64,000 nucleotides of DNA from Opitutales bacterium (GCA_022824405.1 JAJDZZ010000005.1:2160-66159), one strand, 5' to 3'; shown: positions 1-10,476, numbered from the stretch's first letter. The notes: generated by a model from the letters alone, not told the origin. Numbers and translations are program-made.

Positions 1-2944
1 TTTCGTGAAAAGTTTTGAGGATATCGCGGGTGAGACCGACACTGGCTCCGGCATCTGCTCCGGCAGATTCGATCTTATTTCTCAAGGCTTCCAAATCGCC
101 GTCCTCAACGGCATCCAGCAGAAAAAGGGAATACCCGGGATGATAAGGAAACCGCTGCAAAAACAACCGTTCATCGACCAGGATGTATCCCTGAAAAATC
201 GAATCCCTGACCGTGCCCACGATCCGGACCTCAAAATCCCGGCCGTTTTCGTCCTGGTAAACCAACACATCGCCGACCTTTCGTTTAATGGCCCACATCA
301 TGGTCGTTTCATCGACCAGGGCGGGAATGTGGCCTTCCGGCGTAGGAGCCCCTAATATCGACCAACCGGACCCGGTCAAATTCGGGTCGAGTCGGTTTAG
401 TTGAAAAGCGTTCCTTTGGGCAAAGACATCCGGGTTTACACCCAGCAGTTGCGGAAGGGTTGTGGTGTTGAGGTTGAAACAATTGGCGTTGTCCCCCGCC
501 CCCTGGCGCATGGGCGCCGTCGACCCGAGTTGACTTTGCACCTCCGCGAAAATTTCAAAGTTTTCCGATTCCCCATCCCGTGGGGAGTGAAGCGGAACCG
601 TGGTTTCAACGAGGTAGGCAAACCCCCCCGTTCCGCTGCCCGGTTCGCGCCATTCGGAACCCACGTTTTTCCTGAATGAGGCCACCGACAACACCATAAA
701 CACGGCTGAGGCGATCAATCCCACCACCGTGAGGCTACGGGCCGGCCGGGCCGATAAATTGAGGCGGGCCAGGTAGTTTGGATCCATTTCAACGGTTTCG
801 TCCAGCCCGGGCTTCCGACCCAACCACATACGACAAACCGCCAACCCCGCCACCAACAAGGCAAATCCAGCCAGGTAAAAGGCGCCCTGAGCCGGCAAAA
901 TCGTTCCGGAGGAGAATACCGCGCCCAAACCGATTGCCCCGGCCATCCCAGCCAGCCACTTGACCCGCCCGGTTTCTTTGGAAGCCATCCCCTCCTCGGC
1001 TCTGGCCCCCAAGCGTTGCGATAACTCCGACCGGGCCTGTTTGCGGACAGCCAGCCACAGTGATAGCAAGGAGAGGACCAAAAAGGTCAGCCCTCCGCCC
1101 AGGATGGTGGCGGTTTTGGCATGAAACACGAAGGTGGAGTCGGTCGCTTCACCGGCCCAAATGGTCTCCAAAAATTTCAAGATGAGGGAAGAATAGAAGA
1201 TGGCAAGGGGCAATCCGATGAGGCACCCGGCCATCAGGATTACCAGGCCTTCCAAAAGCCTCCAACGCATAATTTTTTTCCCTGACAGCCCCACCGATCC
1301 CAACAAGGCGCTTTCCCGATTGCGTTGCAGCAAGCTGAACTGAAACAGCATCGCCACCAAGCCAAGGGATGCCAAAATGAGGAAAAAACTCATCCCCGCA
1401 AACAGGCCTCCGAAATCCACCGGCGATTGGGCGGCTTGCCTCCCCCCGGCCCCAAAATTCTGCCACATCATCTGGTTCATTTGCGGTTGCAGCACCTCCA
1501 GAATCTCCTCCGTGAGTTCCGCTACGTCCTGTCGGTCAGGGGGAAAGCGTATGGCGGTAAAATCCCCCCATCTGGTTGACCACAACCGTATGCCCGCCGC
1601 CAGGTTGAGATAGGCTTTGGGGGTTCCGGCATAGTTGTCCCAATAGTCCTCATCTTTGGGACGAATCCTGCCCAGATCGAGGGGCAATCCGGGATCCCAA
1701 TCGGCGGGGCTTTCCGACTCGCTGATTCCCGGAAAATCCGGCATCCAGGCCGGATCGGCCGCCAATCCCGACATCGGGACTATCGCACCCAGGGTAAAGC
1801 TATCACTTTCTTCAGTTATGGAACTTCCATCTCCGGATTGAAAATAGGTGATCGCAACCTCATCCCCAATCTCAGCTTGCAGGTCTTGGGCCAGCCATTG
1901 GTTGAAGGCGATTTCTCCGTCCCCCAAATCCTCGGGCAAAAACGACGCCAGGGTTGTCCCCACCGCGGTAGCCGTCGAATAAGGGGCGGTCCGGTCGCCC
2001 ACCTTGAATTCATTGACCAGATACGTCGTAACCGGTTGTGCCCCGGTAATTTCAGACTGAATCGCGGCTGCAATCTCCGGATCGATAAACACGCGGTCGG
2101 ACTTGAGTTCGAAGACACCCGCTCTTTCCAACCATTCCAGGCTCAACTCATAATCGGCCAAATTAACGGCCCGTTGCAAAGCGGCTTCGAGATCCTCCCC
2201 ATCAATGCTTATCTCCCTCTCTCCCTGGGATAGGGCCGGGGCGCGGGTGTGCGGCCACGCACATAAAATGAGGTTGGCCCGGTTCTCGTATCCGATCTCC
2301 TCCTGCAACCGTTCAATCGGTAAAAATACCGAGGGCCGTTGCACCTGGGTCGTCTCGAGGCTGAACCGGCCAAAAGAGCTATCCGCAACCACCGCTTTGA
2401 CCGTGCACCTCATGCTGACCAATCTGCTGGCAGCGCCGGCAACCGGGGCATTTCCAGCCAGAATGCCCGGTCTCCGCAAACGGACTATCAACGTGTCCCC
2501 TTCGCTGACGCCCAACCGGTCCGCTACCAGGGCATTGACCGCAACTTGCGATTTTTCGGCCGAGAGGGAAAGTTCGATCGGCTCCAAGGCCATCCCCCAG
2601 AAGGCCTCCGTCACACCCACCAGTTGAACCTGATTCACCCGCTGTTGGTTGGAAGGATTAACCGAACTTCCTTTCACTAACAACACCGGCGCGGTCCCGG
2701 CTCGGGTCGCTTGGGCAATGTCACCGGCCAGAGCCTGGCGAAAAAACCTATCCCCTGCCGTCATGAGGTGAGTGGCTTGCCCCGTTCGCATAGCGCTTAT
2801 GCGTTTAAGCGAAGCCGTCACCGAATCCCCGGCAAATAAGGCTCCGAGCAGAACCATGGCTCCCAGAATCGCGCCTAGAAATACCCCCAGGTAAGACCAG
2901 CGATAATACAGAACGCTCTGTAAAATGAAGCGTCGAATATGCAT
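1..2944 (-). CDS. ABC transporter permease, FtsX/MacB-like (N-terminus complete, C-terminal part runs off the left window edge)
   Basis: This minus-strand frame is absent from the ORF track because it has no stop inside the window. The ATG at 2944-2942 lies 2 nt after the stop of the upstream ATPase gene. Hand translation gives MHIRRFILQSVLYYRWSYLGVFLGAILGAMVLLGALFAGDS..., and the frame is still open at position 2 (...GADAGASVGLTRDILKTFHE). It has an N-terminal TM helix followed by a large soluble domain and sits downstream of a LolD/MacB-type ATPase. The family call rests on architecture and context, not on a diagnostic motif. Confidence 0.7.
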   Translation of the reverse strand, partial: MHIRRFILQSVLYYRWSYLGVFLGAILGAMVLLGALFAGDSVTASLKRISAMRTGQATHLMTAGDRFFRQALAGDIAQATRAGTAPVLLVKGSSVNPSNQQRVNQVQLVGVTEAFWGMALEPIELSLSAEKSQVAVNALVADRLGVSEGDTLIVRLRRPGILAGNAPVAGAASRLVSMRCTVKAVVADSSFGRFSLETTQVQRPSVFLPIERLQEEIGYENRANLILCAWPHTRAPALSQGEREISIDGEDLEAALQRAVNLADYELSLEWLERAGVFELKSDRVFIDPEIAAAIQSEITGAQPVTTYLVNEFKVGDRTAPYSTATAVGTTLASFLPEDLGDGEIAFNQWLAQDLQAEIGDEVAITYFQSGDGSSITEESDSFTLGAIVPMSGLAADPAWMPDFPGISESESPADWDPGLPLDLGRIRPKDEDYWDNYAGTPKAYLNLAAGIRLWSTRWGDFTAIRFPPDRQDVAELTEEILEVLQPQMNQMMWQNFGAGGRQAAQSPVDFGGLFAGMSFFLILASLGLVAMLFQFSLLQRNRESALLGSVGLSGKKIMRWRLLEGLVILMAGCLIGLPLAIFYSSLILKFLETIWAGEATDSTFVFHAKTATILGGGLTFLVLSLLSLWLAVRKQARSELSQRLGARAEEGMASKETGRVKWLAGMAGAIGLGAVFSSGTILPAQGAFYLAGFALLVAGLAVCRMWLGRKPGLDETVEMDPNYLARLNLSARPARSLTVVGLIASAVFMVLSVASFRKNVGSEWREPGSGTGGFAYLVETTVPLHSPRDGESENFEIFAEVQSQLGSTAPMRQGAGDNANCFNLNTTTLPQLLGVNPDVFAQRNAFQLNRLDPNLTGSGWSILGAPTPEGHIPALVDETTMMWAIKRKVGDVLVYQDENGRDFEVRIVGTVRDSIFQGYILVDERLFLQRFPYHPGYSLFLLDAVEDGDLEALRNKIESAGADAGASVGLTRDILKTFHE

Positions 2945-2946
2945 CG

Positions 2947-3660
2947 CTACGGCAGTTGTCCGGGAATCAGGCGTCCATCCTCCAATTGATAGCTCTTCTG
3001 CATGCGACCGGCCAATCCCAGATTATGAGTGACGACCACCAAGGCGACATTCCTCCCCCTGTTGCTATCGATGAGCAGGTCGGCGATACGTTCCCCCGTG
3101 GCAGGATCGAGCGACCCGGTCGGCTCGTCCGCCAAAATGATCTTTGGCCGATTGATCAGGGAGCGGGCAATGGCCACGCGCAGTTGTTCGCCTCCGGAGA
3201 GTTGATAAGGTCGGTATTCCATGCGATCCTGCAGGCCCACCTCCCCCAGGAGGGCCTCCGCCCGCTGCCGCGTCTCACTGGCAGGCTCCTCCCAATCCCC
3301 AGACAATCGAGGAACCAGCACGTTGTCCAATACCGAACATTGTGGAAGCAAGTAGTGGAGCTGAAAAATAAATCCGATGGACCGGTTTCGAAAATGGGCG
3401 GCGGCCTTTTCATCCAATTCACTAACGACTTTCCCATCCACTTCTACGGACCCGCTGGAAGGCCGGTCCAGAGCCCCCAACAAATTCAACAGGGTGGTCT
3501 TCCCACTCCCGGACGGTCCGACGATGGAGGCCGATTCCGACGCTCCCACCTCGAGATTCAGATCCCGCAATACCGTTAGCGGGCCAGCCGGGCTCTGGTA
3601 GGTTTTGCAGACTTTTCTTGCCCTTATCATTTTAGTTTGGTTTCTCGTTAATTTGTTCAC
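2947..3660 (-). CDS. ABC transporter ATP-binding protein (LolD/MacB-type)
   Basis: Walker [13 protein letters not shown] signature [15 protein letters not shown], Walker [13 protein letters not shown] and H-loop VVVTHN are all present. Confidence 0.95.
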   Translation of the reverse strand: MNKLTRNQTKMIRARKVCKTYQSPAGPLTVLRDLNLEVGASESASIVGPSGSGKTTLLNLLGALDRPSSGSVEVDGKVVSELDEKAAAHFRNRSIGFIFQLHYLLPQCSVLDNVLVPRLSGDWEEPASETRQRAEALLGEVGLQDRMEYRPYQLSGGEQLRVAIARSLINRPKIILADEPTGSLDPATGERIADLLIDSNRGRNVALVVVTHNLGLAGRMQKSYQLEDGRLIPGQLP

Positions 3661-3820
3661 ACAAATGGTGGACTTTTTCGAGGATGGAATTTTTTAGGGG
3701 TGGGATTAACCACAGAGAACTCAGAGAGCACAGAGCTAATCTGCGGTTAACCCAAAGAAAATTTTTTGTGTTTATTGTGCCTTTTGTGGTTTCCTCTGGG
3801 TGAGCTTGGAGAGAGGAATT

Positions 3821-5161
3821 CTAGGGGTGAAGCACTTTCCAGCGGCGGGCTTTCATTTCGAAAACCGGCAAGGCGCCTGGGGTCAAGGGATACAAATTAA
3901 ACCGCAACTGGAAAGCTTGGCGCAATTTTTCCCGGAGTTCCTCGGTGGGATCTAGGCCCTCACCCGCCGCTTCGCGCCACCCTCTCCCAGTAGGAGAGGG
4001 ACCTATTCCTTCTCCCTTTGGGGGAAGGTCAGGTTGGGGGTTGCTACGCAATTCGAACTTTATGGAAACCTCGGCCATGGTTTTCCGCCGATCGACCTCA
4101 ACCCGGTATTCGCCGATACCGGATACCGAGCGAACCACCGCCTCGACCGCGCTGGGGTAGAGGTTCACGCCCCTGACGCATACCATATCATCGGCGCGTC
4201 CGATTATCCCTCCATCCAGAGCAAAGGCTGCCGGATCTTCTCCGGGTAAGCTCATCTTTTTGACGATGTCCCCGGTGCGGTAGCGAAGCAAAGGGCACGC
4301 TTCCCGGCCCAAAGTGGTCAGGATCAATTCGCCCTCCTCCCCTGCCTGGACCGGTTCATTGGTGTGGGGCTTCATCACTTCGCAATAAAATGCCTCGTGC
4401 ACGATCCGCAATAGGTTGGGCCGTTCCGTATCCCCGTAAGTCACCGGACCGGTCTCGGTCATTCCATGGTGGTCGAGCACACGCGCCGGACACCATCCCT
4501 CTTCAATTCTCTGGCGAATTTCCGCTACACTGCCACCCGGTTCACCGCCCACGATTATCCATTCCACCCCGGATTTCGCCAAGTCCGCTCCTTCGGCATG
4601 GGCTATTTCCAGCAGCCTCAAGGCATAGGTTGGGGTGCAACAGAGGAATCGCGGTTTCTGGGCCATTAAAAACCGCAGGCGATCGACACTGCCCATGCCC
4701 CCGGCCGGAATGGCGCAAATGCCCAGTTGGGTCGCCGCGTCAAAAGCCGACCAAAATCCCAAAAAAGGCCCAAAGGAAAAAGTGAACAAAGCGGCGTCGC
4801 CCTCCCTGGCCCCGGCCGCCCGCCAAGTCGGTTTCCATCCGTTGACGACCCATTGCCAACTCTCCCGGGTATCGAGCCAGATCAAGGGGTTCCCACTGGT
4901 ACCGCTGGTTTGATGATACCGGGTGTATCGCTTCAGGGGGTAGGTCAGAACCGAACCGTAGGGTGGATGCCGGGCCTGATCCTCTACCAACTCCTCTTTG
5001 GTGGTAAACGGCATGCGGTCACCATAATCCTGCCAGGAGGAAAACCCCTCCGAACCTCCCGCTTCCGAAAACTTCCGATGATAAAACCGGTTCCCCGGAA
5101 CGATCTGCCCGATCACATCGTTCAAGGATTTCAATTGCCGCTTCCGGAGCTCCATTGCCAA
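3821..5161 (-). CDS. Phenylacetate-CoA ligase (PaaK) / coenzyme F390 synthetase-family adenylating enzyme
   Basis: 446 aa with the HQTSGTSGNPL adenylation motif, YPSAVEAVV and a PaaK-like length and layout. It carries an extra Pro/Gly-rich segment near the C-terminus (see finding). Confidence 0.8.
   Translation of the reverse strand: MAMELRKRQLKSLNDVIGQIVPGNRFYHRKFSEAGGSEGFSSWQDYGDRMPFTTKEELVEDQARHPPYGSVLTYPLKRYTRYHQTSGTSGNPLIWLDTRESWQWVVNGWKPTWRAAGAREGDAALFTFSFGPFLGFWSAFDAATQLGICAIPAGGMGSVDRLRFLMAQKPRFLCCTPTYALRLLEIAHAEGADLAKSGVEWIIVGGEPGGSVAEIRQRIEEGWCPARVLDHHGMTETGPVTYGDTERPNLLRIVHEAFYCEVMKPHTNEPVQAGEEGELILTTLGREACPLLRYRTGDIVKKMSLPGEDPAAFALDGGIIGRADDMVCVRGVNLYPSAVEAVVRSVSGIGEYRVEVDRRKTMAEVSIKFELRSNPQPDLPPKGEGIGPSPTGRGWREAAGEGLDPTEELREKLRQAFQLRFNLYPLTPGALPVFEMKARRWKVLHP
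3955..4040. repeat. GC-rich palindromic element (ccctcaccc...ccctctcccagNaggagaggg type) lying in-frame inside the PaaK-like CDS
   Basis: The string ggccctcacccgccgcttcgcgccaccctctcccagtaggagaggga... shares the blocks ccctcaccc / accctctcccag / agaggga with the reverse complement of 5221-5254. A second imperfect inverted repeat follows: ccttctccc-tttg-ggggaagg. Confidence 0.6.
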
Positions 5162-5210
5162 GATTACTTTAAACCCCTACCTCTCCAAGGATCGAAAGAA
5201 TTTCCTAGTT

Positions 5211-5765
5211 TTAATTATCTCCCTCTACCTCTGGGAGAGGGTCGGGGTGAGGGTTGCCATGCATTTCCTGGGAGGGAACCGGGGCGGTTTTTTCAGCAGG
5301 GGGCGGCTTGAAAAGCATGATCAGGCAACCCCCGGTGGCAGCCAGCAGAATTCCCAGAACAAACTGCCATGGAACTGCCGTAACCCCACCTCGGGGCGGG
5401 TGCAGGGAAATGGCCACGGTGGCATTCACCATGGGCGCCCCGGCAAATACGATGGACATCACTGCGGCGGGAGAACCCTTTGCGCCGAAAGCCAATAAGG
5501 TTCCCAACGCGCCCACCGCGCCCAGCGTCCCGGCGATCAAGGACAACCAAAACCCCCTGGGGGATAGGGCGAGATTGCCCCCCTGGACTTTGAGCAGGAT
5601 TAAGGGAGCCAAAACAGCCACGATAAAATAGGCAATTCCCACCACCAGAAAGGCTTTGTAACGCCCGAACACGGGATCTCCCATGGCGAGATTTCCACTG
5701 TGCAGAAAGACTCCGTAGAGTCCCCAGCAAACCACGGTGATTAATGCAAAATAAATCCAATTCAT
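5211..5765 (-). CDS. Integral membrane protein, about 5 TM, possibly DMT/EamA-like; function unknown
   Basis: Hydrophobic ORF with a preferred start at MNWIYFALITVVCWGL (ATG 5765); the track ORF extends to 5807. The last about 12 codons (GNPHPDPLPEVEGDN) are encoded by the palindromic element at 5221-5254. Confidence 0.5.
   Translation of the reverse strand: MNWIYFALITVVCWGLYGVFLHSGNLAMGDPVFGRYKAFLVVGIAYFIVAVLAPLILLKVQGGNLALSPRGFWLSLIAGTLGAVGALGTLLAFGAKGSPAAVMSIVFAGAPMVNATVAISLHPPRGGVTAVPWQFVLGILLAATGGCLIMLFKPPPAEKTAPVPSQEMHGNPHPDPLPEVEGDN
5221..5254. repeat. GC-rich palindromic element, opposite orientation to the copy at 3955-4040
   Basis: Sequence ccctctacctctgggagagggtcggggtgagggt, with the internal inverted repeat ccctct/agaggg. 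Confidence 0.6.
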
Positions 5766-5901
5766 GGAGACCCAACTTATAGCCAAAGGGCCCGGAATAA
5801 AGGACAAATGTGAGGCGCCTCTTAGCGATCTCTGCGTGCTCTGCGAGAGTCAATTCCGGAATCCAGCGCCCATTCTTCCTTCTGACTTCTTCATTCTTCC
5901 T

Positions 5902-6348
5902 TCATTCGAGGTAGGTGCCGGTAAAATAATTGAGCAGGTTTTGCGCTTCGTTTTCGAAGGTATTAGACAACCAACGGGTGACGTCCCCAATGGAAACCAT
6001 GCCCAAAATGCGATCGTCTTCCACCACCGGGATATGGCGGTGCCGCTTCGCAGTCATGTGGGCCATGGCTTCATCCACGGACAAGCCGGGAGGAAACGTA
6101 TCCACCTCCCGGGTCATCACTTCCGTAACCGGGGTGGTGGCCGGAGCAAGACCAGGTACTACCACTCTTCTGAGCACATCGCGTTCAGTAAATATTCCCA
6201 CGATTTTGCCCTCATCGAGAATCAGCATGCATCCGACCTGAAGCCGGTTCATTTCTTTGACCGCATCGAGCACGGAGGCTTCGGGATCAATGGAGAAGAC
6301 CTCGGAAAATTCTTTTTCGGCCAGAAGGGTGGAAATGGATACCTTCAT
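5902..6348 (-). CDS. CBS domain-containing protein
   Basis: 148 aa with tandem CBS-pair signatures (GCMLILDEGKIVGIFTERDVLRRV ... HIPVVEDDRILGMVSIGDV). Confidence 0.85.
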   Translation of the reverse strand: MKVSISTLLAEKEFSEVFSIDPEASVLDAVKEMNRLQVGCMLILDEGKIVGIFTERDVLRRVVVPGLAPATTPVTEVMTREVDTFPPGLSVDEAMAHMTAKRHRHIPVVEDDRILGMVSIGDVTRWLSNTFENEAQNLLNYFTGTYLE

Positions 6349-6457
6349 TTTAACGACTATATCAATATGGAACTTAACAACCCTTCGTCAAAAGGGTTTC
6401 AAAAGAAAGCTGTAAAGTCATTTCAATGCGACAAGAAAACGGTGAAGGGCTCGAAAT

Positions 6458-7330
6458 TCACTGGGAATATGGTAAAAAGCTGCCCGATTTGTAGCCATCC
6501 CTGAGTTCGCTCCCCCCTTCAGGATCGATAATGTAGGCGCCAAGGTTTGAATCGGTCGAACAAAGCCTATCCACTTCCGGTGGGCTCATCATCATGAAAC
6601 TCGTGGAAAGAGCATCGGAGTGGGCCCCGATCCCAGCTATTGCCCAGGCCCGACGCGAAGTCTCCAGAGCCGTCTGCGCGTCCAGGTTGAGGATGTGAGA
6701 ACCCTTTACAAACAAACCTGAGCCGCTCAAGGAGCGGTTTTCCAGCCGTATTTCCCATGGGTCCCTATCGGCGCCGATGGTCACCGGCCAACCCGGGCCG
6801 ACTCCATCGTCTCCCTTTGCCACCACAGTGCTGGTCCCCGAATGAATGAGGACCCCGGCGATTTCCCAATCCGCCAGCATATTTACCACCAAGTCCAGGG
6901 CATGCCCCTTTCCAATACCTCCCAGATCCACCTCGATATCGGGATACCGGAATCGGACGGTGCAATACTCCGGATCCATCTCCATCCAGGAACCGACGGG
7001 GAGCTTACCGCCAAAACGCTCCAAATCCATAAAAGAGGCAAAGGCGATCGAGAACACCCCTCGCGTCAGGATTTCCAAGTCCATGGCATGTAGGAGACAA
7101 TTCCAGCATTCAGCGCTGACCCGCACCGCTTCCCCCCCGGCCCGCTTGTTCAAGATATCGATGTCGCTGCCTTCGCGGAATTTGCTCAGGATGGTTTCAA
7201 GGCGGTCTATTTCCCTGAAGGCTTCAGCGGCCGCTTGCCGGGCGTATTGCTCATCGGCCTCCCGGATATGAATTTCGACCCAGGTGTTCATGGCCTCGTG
7301 CCGAAATGAATGCACCTCTCCCATTCCCAT
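6458..7330 (-). CDS. apbE: FAD:protein FMN transferase (ApbE family)
   Basis: Carries the ApbE-type motif DLGGIGKGHALD. It is 290 aa and is adjacent to the upstream gene (stop/start 7330/7331). Confidence 0.8.
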   Translation of the reverse strand: MGMGEVHSFRHEAMNTWVEIHIREADEQYARQAAAEAFREIDRLETILSKFREGSDIDILNKRAGGEAVRVSAECWNCLLHAMDLEILTRGVFSIAFASFMDLERFGGKLPVGSWMEMDPEYCTVRFRYPDIEVDLGGIGKGHALDLVVNMLADWEIAGVLIHSGTSTVVAKGDDGVGPGWPVTIGADRDPWEIRLENRSLSGSGLFVKGSHILNLDAQTALETSRRAWAIAGIGAHSDALSTSFMMMSPPEVDRLCSTDSNLGAYIIDPEGGSELRDGYKSGSFLPYSQ

Positions 7331-8911
7331 TCAGTCGGTTGAAAATTGCCGCTCCCAAAGATCTTTTTCAACCGCGACCAGGAGCAGGACTCCATCCCGC
7401 AGGCCGCGCAATTCGGTTGTATACAATGCTTCATCGATCCGGGCGATTCCCTCGGCATCGCTCAGGGAAAAAATCCGGACGGGGGCATCCGATTGCGGCG
7501 GCGGATTTTCCCAATAACCAACGGCGCTGAAGTGGCGCAGATACCAGGGAAGCGGCCAATACTCCTCGGCCATGATATCGATACGCATCCCCAAGCCATC
7601 GGGATGATAACCTGCCAACGTCTCGATTCGATCCACCAATTGCAGGATATCGGCGGAAGTATGACTGTAAGCGTAGGGATTGCGTGAATGGGTGGAATAA
7701 CGAAAAGCCAATAGATGGGATTGGTAAAGGGAATGACCCAGGCATAGAATCAATAGTGCGGTCCATCCAAAGCGCATCCATGAAGTCGAGAGTTTCTCAA
7801 AGGCGAAGGCCCATCCAATCCCGGCCAAAAGCATCCAACCGGCCAGAAAATTTAGCGCCAACCAAGGGGTTTTGTAGCCAATAAACGAATAAGCCGCGGT
7901 GGTCGTGAGAACATACACGGCCAGGAAGCTGTGAAAAGAATAACCGGATTCCCCCCTTCCCTGCCCTGGGTAGCCATCCGGAGCACGGTTCCGGTGTTTG
8001 AAGGAAACGCATATCCCGACCGATCCCAACAAAAGGACCCAGCCCTCACCCAAGTAACCCAGAGCGGTCCCCCGGCCCAGGATCAGGCCCAGATAATAAT
8101 AGAAGGGTTTCTCATGGCCCGGCTCAATCGTGTAGCTGAAATAGGTGAGGATGGAATCGATCGGACCGCGCGGATGGGTAAAAAATGCCGAGTAAAAAAT
8201 TACCGATACACCAAGGGCGCAAAGGACGGCTGCCCCCAGGATTCTTGAACCATTTCCGGAAATAATCCACCGCGCTTCCTTCTTTAAATTCTTACCCAAA
8301 ACGGCAATCAGGGCCAAACCGGCCGCAGCCAAAACGATAAGCGCCGTTTCGCGAGTGGCGTGCAGTAAACCCAGCAGACCGCCCGTCCACAAAGCCCACT
8401 TCAGATCCCGCTTCTCCAACAACCGCCACAGGAAATAAAGAAATATCAGGGTAAAAAGAACGAACAGCATCTCATGGATGAAGTACCGGCTGAAATAGAT
8501 GAAACCGGGAGAAACCGCCATCAGGGCCAGAGCCACCATACTGGCGCGGAATCCGATCCAGCGTCTGAACAGGCTCACCGAGAAAACTCCCAAAACCCCG
8601 GCAAGCGCCGTCAGCCACCGCAAACTCACCTCACTGAGACCGTCACCCGTGATCACATTGTAAAGTCCGGTGGAAAGCAGGGCCAGATAACCAAGGGACG
8701 GACCATGATAATGAGTCGGATCAAAGGGGATCGATTCTCCCTCCAGCATCCGGTGAACCATCACTCCGTTCACCGCTTCATCCGCATGCATGGGTTTCTC
8801 CTCCAGATGGAAGAAGCGCAGGAAGAGACCGGCCCAGATCAGCAGACCAAAAATGACAAAGGCGCTAACCCGCATCGGTCCTGAAATTTGTTTCGAGGGA
8901 CGGAAATCCAA
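7331..8911 (-). CDS. Polytopic membrane glycosyltransferase, ArnT/PMT (GT39/GT83-like) family
   Basis: 526 aa with more than 10 predicted TM segments. The N-terminal loop motif KPMHADEAVNG is typical of this family. Confidence 0.65.
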   Translation of the reverse strand: MDFRPSKQISGPMRVSAFVIFGLLIWAGLFLRFFHLEEKPMHADEAVNGVMVHRMLEGESIPFDPTHYHGPSLGYLALLSTGLYNVITGDGLSEVSLRWLTALAGVLGVFSVSLFRRWIGFRASMVALALMAVSPGFIYFSRYFIHEMLFVLFTLIFLYFLWRLLEKRDLKWALWTGGLLGLLHATRETALIVLAAAGLALIAVLGKNLKKEARWIISGNGSRILGAAVLCALGVSVIFYSAFFTHPRGPIDSILTYFSYTIEPGHEKPFYYYLGLILGRGTALGYLGEGWVLLLGSVGICVSFKHRNRAPDGYPGQGRGESGYSFHSFLAVYVLTTTAAYSFIGYKTPWLALNFLAGWMLLAGIGWAFAFEKLSTSWMRFGWTALLILCLGHSLYQSHLLAFRYSTHSRNPYAYSHTSADILQLVDRIETLAGYHPDGLGMRIDIMAEEYWPLPWYLRHFSAVGYWENPPPQSDAPVRIFSLSDAEGIARIDEALYTTELRGLRDGVLLLVAVEKDLWERQFSTD

Positions 8912-8916
8912 CGGTT

Positions 8917-10293
8917 TTATTTATCCCGGTTCCTGGCCAACCGCTGCGGAGCCATCATTTCGGTTTCCTGTCCCATATCCCCCTGATTCCTCATCCATGC
9001 CTTCAAGCGGGTGCGCAGGGCCGCCTGGATGCCGGAATACCGCTCTTTGCCGGCCAGGTTCACCAGGTTGTCCGGATCGTTCACCACGTCGTAAAGTTCC
9101 TCGGCCGGGCGAAAGGTGTGACGCTCCAGAAGATCTCGGGCATGCCGGTCCCCGGCCTCGGCTTTGGCCTTCCAGGATTTAAACCACTCGCTCTTCTCCA
9201 CAGCGCACTGGAACGGATCCCCGGGATGCAGGTTCAGGATATAACGGAAGTTGGGCGAACGAATGGTGCGAATCCCAAACGGGCCCCTGTTATTTTGGAT
9301 GCCGAGGGTCGTGTGCTGACCATAGACGTAGGTCTTGTGCAGGTTGGCCCGTCCCAGCAGAACCGGCAGGAAGGATCGTCCCTCCAGTTCGCCCGGCAAT
9401 GCCGCTCCGACGATATCCAACAGAGTGGGAACAACGTCGACGTATTCAACGATCGCATCGGTTACACTGCCCGGCTCGATCTTCCCCGGCCAACGAATGA
9501 TACAGGCGCTCTTCAATCCATCTTCATAACAGGTCCACTTGGCATGAAGAAATCCATTTCCCTGCTCGCTGAGGGCGATGAAGAGCGTTTCTTCTTTCAG
9601 GCCGGATTCCTCCAGCAATCGCATCGTTTGCCCCACCTGTTGGTCGAACACGGTGATCTCGGCCAGGTACTTGGAAAACTCCTCCCGCACTTCCGCAGTA
9701 TCGATGTGGAAGGGCCTCAATTTCAGGGATTCCGGTGGATATTCAGCCGGATTACCGCGGTTGTAGGGGGTGTGGGGTTCCTTCGAACCCACGATGAGGC
9801 AGAACGGGGTCCCATCCCGGCTACATTCCTGAAATAGCTTTTCCATGGCCTCAAAATCGATATCCCCTCTGGCATTTTTTCCATCCTCAGAAGGGGCTGA
9901 AGAATACTCGAAGGGAAAGGCCTCCCGGGGAGCGATGTGGGTCTTTCCGGATAACGCCACCCGGTAACCGAGCGGCTTCAAATAGTGCGGGAGCGATTTA
10001 ACCCCTTCCTTGACGTAGGTATGATTGGGGTAGGCGCCCGATTTCACCGGATAAATCCCCGTATAGAGGTTGTGCCGCGTCGGGGAACACATCGCGGCAG
10101 CTTGAAAACAGTGATTGAATTTCAATCCCTCACCGGCCAAGGCTTTAAGGTGAGGCGTTTTGGCCTGCCCGCCATATACCTCCAGGTCCCGGCAGGTGGC
10201 ATCGTCCGCCAATATGAGAACGATATTGGGTTTGGCCAAAAGAAAAACCGGGTGGCAAAGAACGGCCCATAAGATAATCTGCAACGTTTTCAT
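8917..10293 (-). CDS. Sulfatase (formylglycine-dependent, arylsulfatase A family), secreted
   Basis: Signal peptide, metal-site motif NIVLILADD and the C-x-P-x-R formylglycine motif MCSPTRHNLYTG. Confidence 0.9.
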   Translation of the reverse strand: MKTLQIILWAVLCHPVFLLAKPNIVLILADDATCRDLEVYGGQAKTPHLKALAGEGLKFNHCFQAAAMCSPTRHNLYTGIYPVKSGAYPNHTYVKEGVKSLPHYLKPLGYRVALSGKTHIAPREAFPFEYSSAPSEDGKNARGDIDFEAMEKLFQECSRDGTPFCLIVGSKEPHTPYNRGNPAEYPPESLKLRPFHIDTAEVREEFSKYLAEITVFDQQVGQTMRLLEESGLKEETLFIALSEQGNGFLHAKWTCYEDGLKSACIIRWPGKIEPGSVTDAIVEYVDVVPTLLDIVGAALPGELEGRSFLPVLLGRANLHKTYVYGQHTTLGIQNNRGPFGIRTIRSPNFRYILNLHPGDPFQCAVEKSEWFKSWKAKAEAGDRHARDLLERHTFRPAEELYDVVNDPDNLVNLAGKERYSGIQAALRTRLKAWMRNQGDMGQETEMMAPQRLARNRDK

Positions 10294-10476
10294 ACCATGC
10301 TACTTAAATGATCGGGTTAAAATTCTGCCCCAAGAAATGGTAGAGGCCAATAACTTTTCCGCCGCCGCCGCTATCCTCGATACTCGATGCTGGGTTCCTT
10401 TCAGGGATATGGAGATCCTGAGCAATCGCGGCGTAAAGCCGCTCTTACAATTAATTATGTTTTTTCTTCTCTTCTA

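Noticed and set aside
5764-6504. 246-aa plus-strand ORF, and the 194-aa plus-strand ORF at 4727-5311.
   Set aside because: They are antisense to the CBS-domain gene, the membrane protein gene and the PaaK-like gene, and they cross intergenic repeats.
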